Source: Minisyncoccota bacterium (GTDB lineage: Bacteria; Patescibacteriota; Minisyncoccia; Phycocordibacterales; UBA9973). Taken from it: DNA of 52,730 nt. Positions 37,432 to 46,288 of the stretch are shown here, in pieces. The notes under the pieces were generated by a model, which worked only from the letters and a program-made list of their open reading frames with translations, was not told where the DNA came from and made no database searches. The position numbers and the translations under genes are program-made. Where the stretch lies: positions 1-52,730 of the forward strand of contig DASZOX010000036.1 of NCBI GenBank assembly GCA_035550535.1. Direction: 5' to 3'. Within the stretch, counting starts at the first letter, position 1, and the number at the start of each line of letters is the position of its first letter.

Positions 37432-38586
37432 TTATTTTTCTATGCTCGCTTGTACTGCCGCCATAACTCCCGCAACAGAGCCCGAGAGTGTTTGCAGTGA
37501 GAGCGATTGTAGCAAAACGGGAGCATTTAATCGATAGTCGTCTCTTGAGCGCTGGTCGCTCATAAGTGCCTCGATCGCGTGAGCGAATCCTTCGGTATCC
37601 CGAGCGCGGACAAGAAACCGATCGTAAGGAGAGCCTGCAAGTATTGCCGCCGCACGTTCACTGGTAGTCGCCACAACTGGCACGTGAAGTGCGAGTGCGC
37701 GGATGATCGAAGCCGTGGATGCAGGAGCAGTGCTGGTCACCATGCACAGATGTGCTCCCGCATAATAGGCACTGAGCATGTCGTCGCGCGCATATACGTA
37801 TACCGACGGGACGTGGTGGGCCTCGATGAAACGCCGCAACGAGCGGAGCTGGTCGGAGGGCGCGACGACGACAAGCGCCGCGTGCGGAAATGTAATGAGT
37901 ACCCGAGAAACAATAGCAAGTGCTTCATGCAGTGACCTCTTTTCCCCGATCGACGCTTCGGTAAGTATGAAAAAATTGTGCTGTGGAAGGATGGTCGCGT
38001 AGTGGATCGCATCGGTGGCACGCGCGAGGAACGACAGATCGACTGCCGGCGGCACGACCGTCACTTTTTTTGTAGCGGGGTGGAGGCGCCGTATGAGAAG
38101 TGTTTTTGCATAATCACTCTGCACCACCAGACTGCGCGCGAGTGTGGTCAATAGATAGAGGGTGAAGCGCTTGCGCGAAAAGACGGGTGCCTCAATGGTG
38201 TCACCGTCGATGACACCAAACAGTGGACGGTGAAACCGTTTGGCAAGCGCACAGGCAACGAGCGTCCCTGTTGCGCTTGCGCAATGATTGATGATGACAT
38301 CAGGACGAAAATGTTTTTGCCACAAGAGGTGATAACGTGCCATCGGCCACAGCTCATCGATGCGCCAGAAGATTGGCCGCGGAAGATAATAGACGATCAC
38401 TGTCGGTCCCAACGACACGACTCGCTGATGAGCTATGGGCAATCGGGGGATGTACACCATGACATGGAGCTCGGTGCACTGTTGCGCAAAGAGCATGATT
38501 TCGTTGTACAGCGGGTGCGCGCCGTCGATTTCCCGATCGGCATCATACAAGAGAAGCATTGTAAAACGAGGAGATCCCTGCATCAT
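37432..38586 (-). CDS. Divergent GT-B (GT1/GT4-like) glycosyltransferase or hypothetical protein
   Basis: 384-aa ORF with a two-Rossmann-like layout. The C-terminal half, ...LCMVTSTAPASTASIIRALALHVPVVAT..., only loosely fits Glycos_transf_1. Confidence 0.5.
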   Translation of the reverse strand: MMQGSPRFTMLLLYDADREIDGAHPLYNEIMLFAQQCTELHVMVYIPRLPIAHQRVVSLGPTVIVYYLPRPIFWRIDELWPMARYHLLWQKHFRPDVIINHCASATGTLVACALAKRFHRPLFGVIDGDTIEAPVFSRKRFTLYLLTTLARSLVVQSDYAKTLLIRRLHPATKKVTVVPPAVDLSFLARATDAIHYATILPQHNFFILTEASIGEKRSLHEALAIVSRVLITFPHAALVVVAPSDQLRSLRRFIEAHHVPSVYVYARDDMLSAYYAGAHLCMVTSTAPASTASIIRALALHVPVVATTSERAAAILAGSPYDRFLVRARDTEGFAHAIEALMSDQRSRDDYRLNAPVLLQSLSLQTLSGSVAGVMAAVQASIEK

Positions 38587-38625
38587 AGCGACAGTATAGC
38601 GTGTTTTATGATGACAATCGTCTTG

Positions 38626-38698
38626 AGCCAGCGGCCAGAATCGAACTGGCGACCTACGGTTTACGATACCGTTGCTCTACCTGCTGAGCTACGCTGGC
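38626..38698 (-). tRNA. tRNA-Thr (anticodon CGT)
   Basis: Cloverleaf: acceptor GCCAGCG/CGCTGGC, D arm GCTC-AGCAGGTA-GAGC, anticodon stem ACGGT/ACCGT with loop ATCGTAA, T arm GCCAG-TTCGATT-CTGGC. Confidence 0.9.
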
Positions 38699-38859
38699 AC
38701 TATGTGTACAGTTGCAGTACGCTGTATCCTACAACATTCTCCCCTGTCTCTCAAGAGAACAAAGCGCCTCCAGAGACTGTGGAGATGCGTCTGGCGCCGA
38801 GTACGAAGAATTTCTCAGCAGAGAAATAGCCGTGCTCTGGAAGCGCTTTGTTCTCGAAA

Positions 38860-39567
38860 TCACTTCTTCTCGAAATAGCACGTGATGGAGCGGCGCTTGC
38901 CGGGCTTGCCGCGAACGTTGTGCTTGTGGGAAGCAAACTTCGCCCGCATAATAAATTGGCTACCGAACGCTTCGGCAAGCGCCGCGTCATCCCAGACATA
39001 TTCATACACCTTCATCCGAGGATGAATATAGGCATTCTTCTCACCGGCGCTTCCTTCTTTGATGAGCTTTGCCGCGTTGCGATCACCTTCCTTATAAAAC
39101 GATTTGAAGAGCAGCATTCCCGCAGGCTTCAAAACGCGTGAAATTTCTGAAAGAAATTTCACGCGCTCTTCCTCCCGCAAGAAATGCGAACTCATAAGGT
39201 CAAAGACGATATCGACGCTCTCGTCCGGAAGCGAGATCGACGCTGATAATGACCGTACCGCGAACGTCAATCGATTGCCGAATGGTTGTTTTTCTTTTGC
39301 TCTATTCGCTTGCGCGATGGCTTCCTCAGAAATATCGTAGCCATAGCCTGCCACGCCAAACTGTTCGTTCATCCACAAGAGATTGCGCCCGTTGCCGCAC
39401 CCTGCATCAAGCACGGTGAGCTTCTGTTTGAAATAGTCATCGCCGAATTCACTCTCGAGCCAACGGCAAAACTTTGGCAACGCCTCACTCACACCCTCAG
39501 AGAGCCCGAACATCCCCGGGTCTTTGTACTCTTTATTCCAAAATTCCTTGAGCCGCTTTTCGTTCAT
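38860..39567 (-). CDS. Class I SAM-dependent methyltransferase
   Basis: Motif I VLDAGCGNGRN and the post-I acidic residue pattern. Confidence 0.8.
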   Translation of the reverse strand: MNEKRLKEFWNKEYKDPGMFGLSEGVSEALPKFCRWLESEFGDDYFKQKLTVLDAGCGNGRNLLWMNEQFGVAGYGYDISEEAIAQANRAKEKQPFGNRLTFAVRSLSASISLPDESVDIVFDLMSSHFLREEERVKFLSEISRVLKPAGMLLFKSFYKEGDRNAAKLIKEGSAGEKNAYIHPRMKVYEYVWDDAALAEAFGSQFIMRAKFASHKHNVRGKPGKRRSITCYFEKK

Positions 39568-39713
39568 GTGATTGTTGAAATACTACACGCAAAATTGTAA
39601 TGTGGCAAAAAAAATAAATTTATGAACACTGTGCAGCATGCAACTCTTCCTGTACCTATATGCAAATCGAACGAGACTCAGTGAAACTCGATTCAAAAAA
39701 AGGTAACGCTTTT

Positions 39714-41531
39714 TTATTTTCTCCTCGCTCTTGAGCGATCAGTGTCGGTCAGGTATTGTTTGCGCAAACGCACGCTCTGTGGCGTCACTTCGAGAAATTC
39801 GTCATCCTGCATGACTTCAAGGCCGCGTTCGATCGAGAGTGTAAACGGTGGTACGAGTGTGATCGCTTCATCGGTGCCGCTCGCACGAACGTTAGTGAGT
39901 TGTTTATTTTTGGTCGGGTTCACAGTCATTTCTTCGCCTTTGCTGGTGTTCCCGATCACCATGCCTTCATATACTTCTGTTGCCGGGGTGATATAGAGTG
40001 TACCGCGATCCTGCAGCCCCCAGAGCGAATAGCCGAGCGCCTTGCCGCTTTCCATACTTATCATAGAGCCCACATGGCGACGGGTGATCTCGCCTGCAAA
40101 TGGTTTGAAACCGATGACGCGGCTCGCCATGATGCCCTCACCTTTGGTATCGATGAGAAATACACCTCGATATCCAAAGAGTCCCCGTGTCGGCCCTTCA
40201 AATATAATGCGCGCCATCGTATCATGGAGTTTCATATCTTTCATCACAAAGCCGCGCATGCCGAGCTTCTCGATAACCGCGCCTTGGAACTCACTCGGCA
40301 CATCGATGGTAACTTCTTCGAATGGCTCACTTTTCACCCCGTCGACGTCTTTGATGATGACGTGTGGTTGCGACACCTGCATTTCGTATCCTTCCCTCCT
40401 CATGGTTTCAAGCAAGACAGCTATGTGCATTTCACCACGACCAAAGACTTTGAAACCCTCGGCGATGCGACTCGGGTCTGGGGTGAAATCAACCTTGAGC
40501 CCAACGTTTATCTCCAATTCGCGTTCAAGCCGCTCGCGCAATTGACGCGATGTGACAAATTTCCCTTCGCGTCCGGCGAATGGTGAATTGTTGACGAGAA
40601 AATCGAGCACGATGGTCGGCTCGTCGATATGAATCGCGGGAAGCAGCACCGCCTCTTTGTCAGTCGTGATCGTCTCTCCGATGAAAATATCAGGGATACC
40701 TGCAACCATGACGATATCCCCTGCTTGTGCTTCAGTCACTTCCTGTCGCTGCATCCCGAGGAACGAAAAAAGTTTCGTGATTTTGCCCGTGCGCACATCC
40801 CCCGTATGGGTTTTGACAAAGACACTATCGCCGAGCTTTGCGACACCTTCGTACACGCGGCCGACGGCAAGTCGTCCGAGGAAGTTGTCGTAGGCAAGAT
40901 TGAACGCCTGCATGCGAAACGGCTTCGTCGTGTCGTTGGCAGCAACAGGCACCTTCTCAAGAATAGTTTCAAACAGTGGAGTAAGGTCTTTGCGTTCATC
41001 TTCGGGGTGGCGCAGCGCGACACCGTCGCGACCGATCGCGTACACCGTCGTGAAATCTGCTTGCTCATCAGTAGCGCCAAGTTCGAGGAAGAGTTCGAGC
41101 ACCGCATCGTGGGTATGAGGAATGTTTGCACCGGGTTTATCGATCTTGTTGATGACGACAATGGGTTTGAGGCCAAGTTCGAGCGACTTTTTGAGCACGA
41201 AGCGCGTCTGGGGCATAGGCCCTTCTTGCGCGTCGACTACCAACAGCACCGAGTCGATGCTGCGCAACACGCGTTCTACTTCGCTGCCAAAATCGGCGTG
41301 TCCTGGTGTATCGACGATGTTTATTTTAGTTGCGGGACGTCCTGAGCTTGCCGAAGGATACATGACAGCGGTATTTTTTGCATAAATAGTGATACCACGC
41401 TCGCGCTCAAGGTCGTTGGAGTCCATGGACGCGCCTTCGGTAAGCGCACCACAAAAGGCGAGCATCTTGTCGGTGAGCGTCGTTTTGCCGTGGTCAACGT
41501 GGGCAATGATAGCGATGTTTCTGATTTCCAT
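39714..41531 (-). CDS. typA: Translational GTPase TypA/BipA (start at 41531, [18 protein letters not shown])
   Basis: G1 [10 protein letters not shown]3 DTPGHADF and G4 NKIDK, with 605-aa TypA-length architecture. Confidence 0.93.
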   Translation of the reverse strand: MEIRNIAIIAHVDHGKTTLTDKMLAFCGALTEGASMDSNDLERERGITIYAKNTAVMYPSASSGRPATKINIVDTPGHADFGSEVERVLRSIDSVLLVVDAQEGPMPQTRFVLKKSLELGLKPIVVINKIDKPGANIPHTHDAVLELFLELGATDEQADFTTVYAIGRDGVALRHPEDERKDLTPLFETILEKVPVAANDTTKPFRMQAFNLAYDNFLGRLAVGRVYEGVAKLGDSVFVKTHTGDVRTGKITKLFSFLGMQRQEVTEAQAGDIVMVAGIPDIFIGETITTDKEAVLLPAIHIDEPTIVLDFLVNNSPFAGREGKFVTSRQLRERLERELEINVGLKVDFTPDPSRIAEGFKVFGRGEMHIAVLLETMRREGYEMQVSQPHVIIKDVDGVKSEPFEEVTIDVPSEFQGAVIEKLGMRGFVMKDMKLHDTMARIIFEGPTRGLFGYRGVFLIDTKGEGIMASRVIGFKPFAGEITRRHVGSMISMESGKALGYSLWGLQDRGTLYITPATEVYEGMVIGNTSKGEEMTVNPTKNKQLTNVRASGTDEAITLVPPFTLSIERGLEVMQDDEFLEVTPQSVRLRKQYLTDTDRSRARRK

Positions 41532-41565
41532 ATAAATAAATTGAGGCTGCATTATACGACAAAAC

Positions 41566-41601
41566 GTGCAAAAAATGAAGCCGCTCTACAAAAAGAGCGG
41601 C
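41566..41601 (-). terminator. Rho-independent terminator
   Basis: On the minus strand, the GCCGCTCT/AGAGCGGC stem is followed by TTCATTTTTTGC. Confidence 0.65.
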
Positions 41602-41613
41602 CTTGTCTGTTTT

Positions 41614-41832
41614 TTAATAATTTCCCTCGTTCATTTCGTCGGCGTCTTTGAGGCGTTGGTGGACATCCTCGAATTCAGTTTCCTCAGCAAAATCATCAAT
41701 ATCGTCATCTTTTGATAACTTTGTTCGAACAATCTTTGACGCTCGTTCTGTCGTATCCAGATGTTCCCAACCTTCGGTATTTCTAATACCATTGTAATTT
41801 TTTCCTCCAAGATAAACGGGTGACTTACTCAT
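41614..41832 (-). CDS. Small acidic hypothetical protein
   Basis: 72-aa ORF between tRNA-Thr and a terminator. Confidence 0.45.
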   Translation of the reverse strand: MSKSPVYLGGKNYNGIRNTEGWEHLDTTERASKIVRTKLSKDDDIDDFAEETEFEDVHQRLKDADEMNEGNY

Positions 41833-41918
41833 AAACTTTTTTAATTTTAAACGGTGTACAAAAAATTAAATTACATTGGCTTTCTTTATATAAAAAAATC
41901 GCAAAAGAGTCAACTTTT

Positions 41919-41994
41919 TGGAGCCGAGACCGAGGATCGAACTCGGGACCTCACCCTTACCATGGGTGTGCTCTACCAACTGAGCTATCTCGGC
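41919..41994 (-). tRNA. tRNA-Thr (anticodon GGT), CCA encoded
   Basis: Cloverleaf: acceptor GCCGAGA/TCTCGGC, D arm GCTC-AGTTGGTA-GAGC, anticodon stem CACCC/GGGTG with loop ATGGTAA, T arm CCGAG-TTCGATC-CTCGG, then TCCA. Confidence 0.9.
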
Positions 41995-42032
41995 ATGTGG
42001 CATATGATACCACAAAGCTTTTTCTATGTGTC

Positions 42033-43298
42033 TCATGAGACAAAGGTAAGTGCTATTCCCTTTTTGTCTGCACGGCCGGTGCGACCGATGCGATGAATGT
42101 ATGTTTCGTATGTTGAAGGGATATCGTAGTTGATCACGTGGCTGACATCAGGGATATCGATACCGCGCGCCGCAACATCGGTCGCAATGACTGCTTGGAT
42201 GAGCCCCCTTTTGAGTCCGTCGACAGCACGAGCACGCTCGCGCACGCGCATATCGCCATGGAGCGCTTGCACTTTGAATCCTTTTGCACGAAGCGTGCGC
42301 GCGAGTTCATCAGTGTGCCGCTTGGTCTCGCGAAAGATAAGGGCACGAGTAACCTCAGGTTTGCTCAATATACCTTCGAGCAAATTGATTTTGGTTTGTC
42401 CGGGCGACACACGCACGACATCTTGGTCCACGCTTGCCGCTGTATCGCGCGTCTTTACCGAGACGGTAAATGGATCGCGGAGAAAGTCGCTGCAGAGCGC
42501 CTTGATCTCGGGAGAAAAGGTGGCTGAGAAAAACATACCATGCTTTTCTTTGGGCATCTTGCCAAGAATCACTCGCATGTCGTCGATAAATCCCATATCG
42601 AGCATGCGGTCTGCTTCATCAAGCACCACTGTACTGAAATTGCTAATATCGAGTGCACCTCGCTCGATCAAGTCCTTCACACGTCCCGGGGTACCAATGA
42701 CGATGTGCACACCGAGTCGCAATTCTTTGATCTGACGATTGATCGGGAGCCCCCCCACCACTGCAACACTAAAGAGGCGCATGCCTGAAGTGAAGGCGCG
42801 AAACTCCTGCTCGATCTGTTGGGCAAGTTCGCGCGTCGGTGCGAGGACAAGCGCCTGATGCATCCGGTCGTCAACAAAAGCATTGATAATAGGGATAAGG
42901 AATGCCGCTGTTTTGCCGGTCCCGGTAGCTGCAATGCCAATGACATCGCGACCAGTAAGCGCGATGGGAATCGCTTGGTCTTGGATCGGCGACGGATGGA
43001 TCAGCCCTCTGGCAGTAAGGTTTTTTGCAAGCTGTCCATGAATATTGAAATCGCTGAAGCGGTGCGCCGGCACATACGCTGCTTCTTCTGAAGCAGTGGC
43101 TTTGTTGATGAAGCGTCGCTCATCAATAGTCTGCATGGTGGGGCGGCGGCGGGCACTGCGCTGGGAAGTGCGTCCGCGATAGCCGCCAAAGTGCTGATGT
43201 CCGCGCGGCGCCGGAGCACGATAGCTACCACGACGCTGTGGCGAGCGCAGAGACGGGCGACGATGGCCCGAAGTCCGGGGGGTAGAAAAGGGGGTCAT
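42033..43298 (-). CDS. DEAD-box ATP-dependent RNA helicase with an Arg/Gly-rich N-terminal extension (alternative start at 43136)
   Basis: Q motif, AATGTGKT, DEAD (VLDEADRM), SAT, and HRIGRTGR. Confidence 0.9.
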   Translation of the reverse strand: MTPFSTPRTSGHRRPSLRSPQRRGSYRAPAPRGHQHFGGYRGRTSQRSARRRPTMQTIDERRFINKATASEEAAYVPAHRFSDFNIHGQLAKNLTARGLIHPSPIQDQAIPIALTGRDVIGIAATGTGKTAAFLIPIINAFVDDRMHQALVLAPTRELAQQIEQEFRAFTSGMRLFSVAVVGGLPINRQIKELRLGVHIVIGTPGRVKDLIERGALDISNFSTVVLDEADRMLDMGFIDDMRVILGKMPKEKHGMFFSATFSPEIKALCSDFLRDPFTVSVKTRDTAASVDQDVVRVSPGQTKINLLEGILSKPEVTRALIFRETKRHTDELARTLRAKGFKVQALHGDMRVRERARAVDGLKRGLIQAVIATDVAARGIDIPDVSHVINYDIPSTYETYIHRIGRTGRADKKGIALTFVS

Positions 43299-43401
43299 AT
43301 TGTATGTATTGATTCCTCTACTGTGTCACCGTGACTGAGGAGTCAATAACACAATAAGTTGTTTTATAATTCGCTTATGCTACCAGATTCAACAACAGCT
43401 G

Positions 43402-44085
43402 TCAATACTGTGCAGGAATTGTTCCCCGACGAAAGTCGTTGACGAGTATATGGGCGCGCCGTGTGGGCTCGGGGAGGCGATAGCCGGCAAGCGTCGTGCG
43501 CACGAGGGCGAGCGCGTCGGTGAGAGTGATAAGGTGCCCTGGTGAAATAATGAGTGGATGTGATCGAGCTTTGCTTTTCAACGCGACGCCGATAGGTTCA
43601 CCATCGACCGGATCAAGGAGCGTATTCCATGTCCCCACTACTGTGGGCAGTGTGTAGTTTCCATACAATCTGCTTTTAGCGACGCCAATAGTCGGTGTAG
43701 TAATCAAAAGCCCGAGGTGGGAAGCAATACCCATGTGCCGAGGATGCGCAATCCCCTGCCCGTCAACCATGACGACATCGGGCTTGATTGATAGCGCTTC
43801 CCAACATTTCATGAGAGAGGGGATTTCGCGAAACGAAAGGAGTCCCGGAATATAAGGAAACGAGAGCGGCGACGCAGCCACGGCATAGGTGACGGTTTCT
43901 AGAGCCGGATACGAGAGGACAATAATTCCTGCGTAGCTCTTGTCACCACCACGATCGATCGAAACATCGGCTCCGGCGACGAACGCAGGCGTACGAGTGA
44001 GCGGAGTGAACCGTAATGTTGTTCGCAGACGCTTCTGAAGAGCGATGGCTTCTTTCGGTGTAAGATTCCAAGAATGCTGTATCAT
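43402..44085 (-). CDS. nfi: Endonuclease V
   Basis: GADVS, YIPGLLSFRE, DGQGIAHPRHMGIASHLG and GVAKS motifs. Confidence 0.85.
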   Translation of the reverse strand: MIQHSWNLTPKEAIALQKRLRTTLRFTPLTRTPAFVAGADVSIDRGGDKSYAGIIVLSYPALETVTYAVAASPLSFPYIPGLLSFREIPSLMKCWEALSIKPDVVMVDGQGIAHPRHMGIASHLGLLITTPTIGVAKSRLYGNYTLPTVVGTWNTLLDPVDGEPIGVALKSKARSHPLIISPGHLITLTDALALVRTTLAGYRLPEPTRRAHILVNDFRRGTIPAQY

Positions 44086-44100
44086 GCAATAATACCGTAC

Positions 44101-44979
44101 TTAACCGCCATACGCGGGCTGCTGCAGCGCGTCGAGCCAGTCGAGCACTTTTTCTGAATCTTTGACGCGATCCTTTGAATGCATAACCACAATAGTAATG
44201 TAGTCATACGTGTCATTGCCCTGGGTAATAAAGGCGAGATTTTGTCCGGCGAGGTTGGTGAACCCCGTTTTTCCTATAATCACCCTGCCTTTGTACGTGT
44301 CATCGAGGTAGAGCCCGTCAGACTGGCGGAGCGTGATCGTCGTGTGATGATAAAGGTCAGTGATGGTCGCATCGGCCTCACCCATGATGGCGGTAAGTAC
44401 CGGATCATGTTGATAGATATCACTCAAGAGCGCTGAGATATGATAGGGTGTGAGACGGTTGGGAGCAATTTTTTTGCTCGTCGGATCGAGCCCCGAGGGA
44501 TTCACAAACGATGTCGTCGTGTACTTCTCTTCGTGTAAAATGGTGTTCATCGTCGCGAGAAATTTTTTCTGCCCTACCGGATCCATAAAGGCCATCGCGG
44601 CATCATTGCTCGAAGGAATGAGCAATGCCTTCAAGAGATCATCACGCGTAAATTGCGACCGCGCGACCATTCCTTTGATCGAACCATCGGTCGCGAGTGT
44701 TGTCGGCGTCATCGCAAAGAGCATGTAGCTTGGATAGAGCGCTTCGACCGCTTTTGCAGTGATGAGTTTCGTGATGCTTGCTACGGGATAGAGCGTATTT
44801 TCATTTTTGACATAGAGCGGTGTCGGAACACCATTTTTCCATCCATAGACAGCGTACGCTTTTGCAGTGAGCGACGGCGGTGTCGTGTCTGCGGCAAAAG
44901 TAGGAGTACCGACGAACAACAGGAGTGCAACGATAAAGATTATAGTCCGTAGGTTCATATTATGCATGGAGTATAGCAT
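44101..44979 (-). CDS. D-alanyl-D-alanine carboxypeptidase (serine peptidase S11/PBP5-like)
   Basis: Signal/TM segment, active-site SITK (ASITKLITA), SSN (IPSSNDAA) and KTG (GKTGFT). Confidence 0.8.
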   Translation of the reverse strand: MLYSMHNMNLRTIIFIVALLLFVGTPTFAADTTPPSLTAKAYAVYGWKNGVPTPLYVKNENTLYPVASITKLITAKAVEALYPSYMLFAMTPTTLATDGSIKGMVARSQFTRDDLLKALLIPSSNDAAMAFMDPVGQKKFLATMNTILHEEKYTTTSFVNPSGLDPTSKKIAPNRLTPYHISALLSDIYQHDPVLTAIMGEADATITDLYHHTTITLRQSDGLYLDDTYKGRVIIGKTGFTNLAGQNLAFITQGNDTYDYITIVVMHSKDRVKDSEKVLDWLDALQQPAYGG

Positions 44980-45057
44980 TTCAACATCCTCCAGCAGGAG
45001 CTGTCGGTTTGTAAGAATTATCTTGGACCCCTCAAAATATAGAGAAAAGCCTTTATG

Positions 45058-45128
45058 TGGTGCGCGAACGGCGGGACTCGCCCGCGAGTCTTGGATTGCT
45101 CAGTCAGCAATCCAAGCTCTGGGCACCA
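45058..45128 (-). other. tRNA-sized structured element or tRNA-Asp-derived pseudo-tRNA
   Basis: 45061-45078 is identical to 45262-45279, the acceptor 3' strand plus T stem of tRNA-Asp, and the T arm is recognisable with a shortened loop. It also contains a perfect 10-bp hairpin (45090-45116, loop TGACTGA on the minus strand). The minus-strand reading ends in CACCA. No canonical D arm or acceptor pairing was found. Confidence 0.35.
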
Positions 45129-45222
45129 CCTCGCTCATTTTTTCTGTTGAAAAAACATCGCTGCGGTGTTCAAGACCCCGACGCACGATAAGCAGTTATC
45201 GTGCTCCTTATCGAAACAGAAA

Positions 45223-45258
45223 CCAAAAATCCATGGAAAGTAATCCATGGATTTTTGG
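45223..45258. terminator. 14-bp hairpin immediately downstream of tRNA-Asp (terminator or processing structure)
   Basis: CCAAAAATCCATGG/CCATGGATTTTTGG with an 8-nt loop. Confidence 0.55.
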
Positions 45259-45263
45259 TTTTG

Positions 45264-45337
45264 CGCGAACGGCGGGACTTGAACCCGTAACCTCCCGCGT
45301 GACAGGCGGGTGCTCTAACCAGTTGAGCTACGTCCGC
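45264..45337 (-). tRNA. tRNA-Asp (anticodon GTC)
   Basis: Acceptor GCGGACG/CGTTCGC, anticodon stem CCCGC/GCGGG with loop CTGTCAC, T loop TTCAAGT. There is one A-C mismatch at the base of the T stem. Confidence 0.85.
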
Positions 45338-45376
45338 AATATTTCTCACTATTGCATGTGCTGCCTTGCGGCAGGG

Positions 45377-45450
45377 TGTCGGCGGGTGGAATCGAACCAC
45401 CGACCTTGGGCTTATGAGTCCCACGCTCTAACCGACTGAGCTACGCCGAC
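45377..45450 (-). tRNA. tRNA with CAT anticodon (elongator Met or Ile2-lysidine type)
   Basis: Acceptor GTCGGCG/CGCCGAC, D arm GCTC-AGTCGGTTA-GAGC, loop CTCATAA, T arm GGTGG-TTCGATT-CCACC, discriminator A. Confidence 0.85.
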
Positions 45451-45556
45451 AAACGTATCCGAGTGCAAAAAATATAGCACATTATGGACCAAACTCAAAT
45501 TTCCTTGCAGAGTAAGAAGCGATTGTGTATGATAGCTGCTATACATCTAAGTATGC

Positions 45557-45627
45557 CGCGGGGTAGAGAAGCGGCATCTCGTAAGGCTCATAACCTTAAG
45601 ACCTCGGTTCGACTCCGGGCCCCGCAA
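45557..45627 (+). tRNA. Initiator-type tRNA-Met (anticodon CAT)
   Basis: CGCGGGG...CCCCGCA gives the C1-A72 mismatch. The D stem GAGA/TCTC gives A11-U24. The loop is CTCATAA, and only two of the three usual G-C pairs close the anticodon stem. Confidence 0.8.
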
Positions 45628-45640
45628 CACTTTTGCATTG

Positions 45641-46270
45641 CTATTCGATCGCGCCGAGGTCGCGAAAGATGATTTCGTAGTATGACAGCACCCGACGCGC
45701 TTCGGGCATCGTGATAGTAAACGACGTGCCTTCATGGGCGATGCGGTTACGCACTTTGTGCGCTTCCCATGCGATCTGCAACGATGGAAGCGCGCCGGGC
45801 GGCAGTTGTTTGAGTTTGTCTCCCAAGGTATCCCCCGGGTATCCTTTGCGATCGAGCAACCGATCCAAATAAATATCGGCCTCGATGATGGCGAGTCGCC
45901 AATCGCTCGGACTATCGGAAAGAAGCTTGCTCCTGATGTTCTCCCATGTTTCATTGACGGGGAGCACTCCCTCACGCAAGGCGTCGGGTACTCCCGTCAT
46001 CGTAAGCGGTACACCACTCTGGGTTTCGTGCACCAAAGCACTCGCTTCTTTTTCCTTTACCGTTTCCTTTTTTTCCTCTTGCTTTATTTCATAAAGGCGC
46101 ACCAAACTATAGATAGCAACAGTGATCCCAACGACAATCAAGAGCGTAACGAAAAAATAGAGAAAGGATAAAAATTTGAGCGTGAAGAGCCACGAGAGAT
46201 GTCCCCACAGCCACGAAAAAATGAACTCAACGTTGAGGAACACCGGTTGTGGAATAGCGGTTGATTGCAC
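45641..46270 (-). CDS. Hypothetical membrane protein (two N-terminal TMs, C-terminal helical domain with WEAHKVRNRIAHEG)
   Basis: 209-aa ORF downstream of gatA. Confidence 0.55.
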   Translation of the reverse strand: MQSTAIPQPVFLNVEFIFSWLWGHLSWLFTLKFLSFLYFFVTLLIVVGITVAIYSLVRLYEIKQEEKKETVKEKEASALVHETQSGVPLTMTGVPDALREGVLPVNETWENIRSKLLSDSPSDWRLAIIEADIYLDRLLDRKGYPGDTLGDKLKQLPPGALPSLQIAWEAHKVRNRIAHEGTSFTITMPEARRVLSYYEIIFRDLGAIE

Positions 46271-46288
46271 CTCTCTATTATCTCATAT

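Noticed and set aside
37429-37470. Search for the classical prfB +1 frameshift site (short upstream ORF ending CUU UGA).
   Set aside because: The upstream gene's stop is 3 nt from the prfB ATG and the RF2 ORF is continuous, so no frameshift site is present.
45058-45263. The possibility that the CCA-terminated T-arm-like sequence is the 3' end of a tmRNA (ssrA), standard or permuted.
   Set aside because: Only about 200 nt are available between it and tRNA-Asp. No GGGGCUG-type 5' acceptor or G3-U70 pair can be formed (position 70 would be C). I found no tag reading frame. The similarity is to tRNA-Asp itself.
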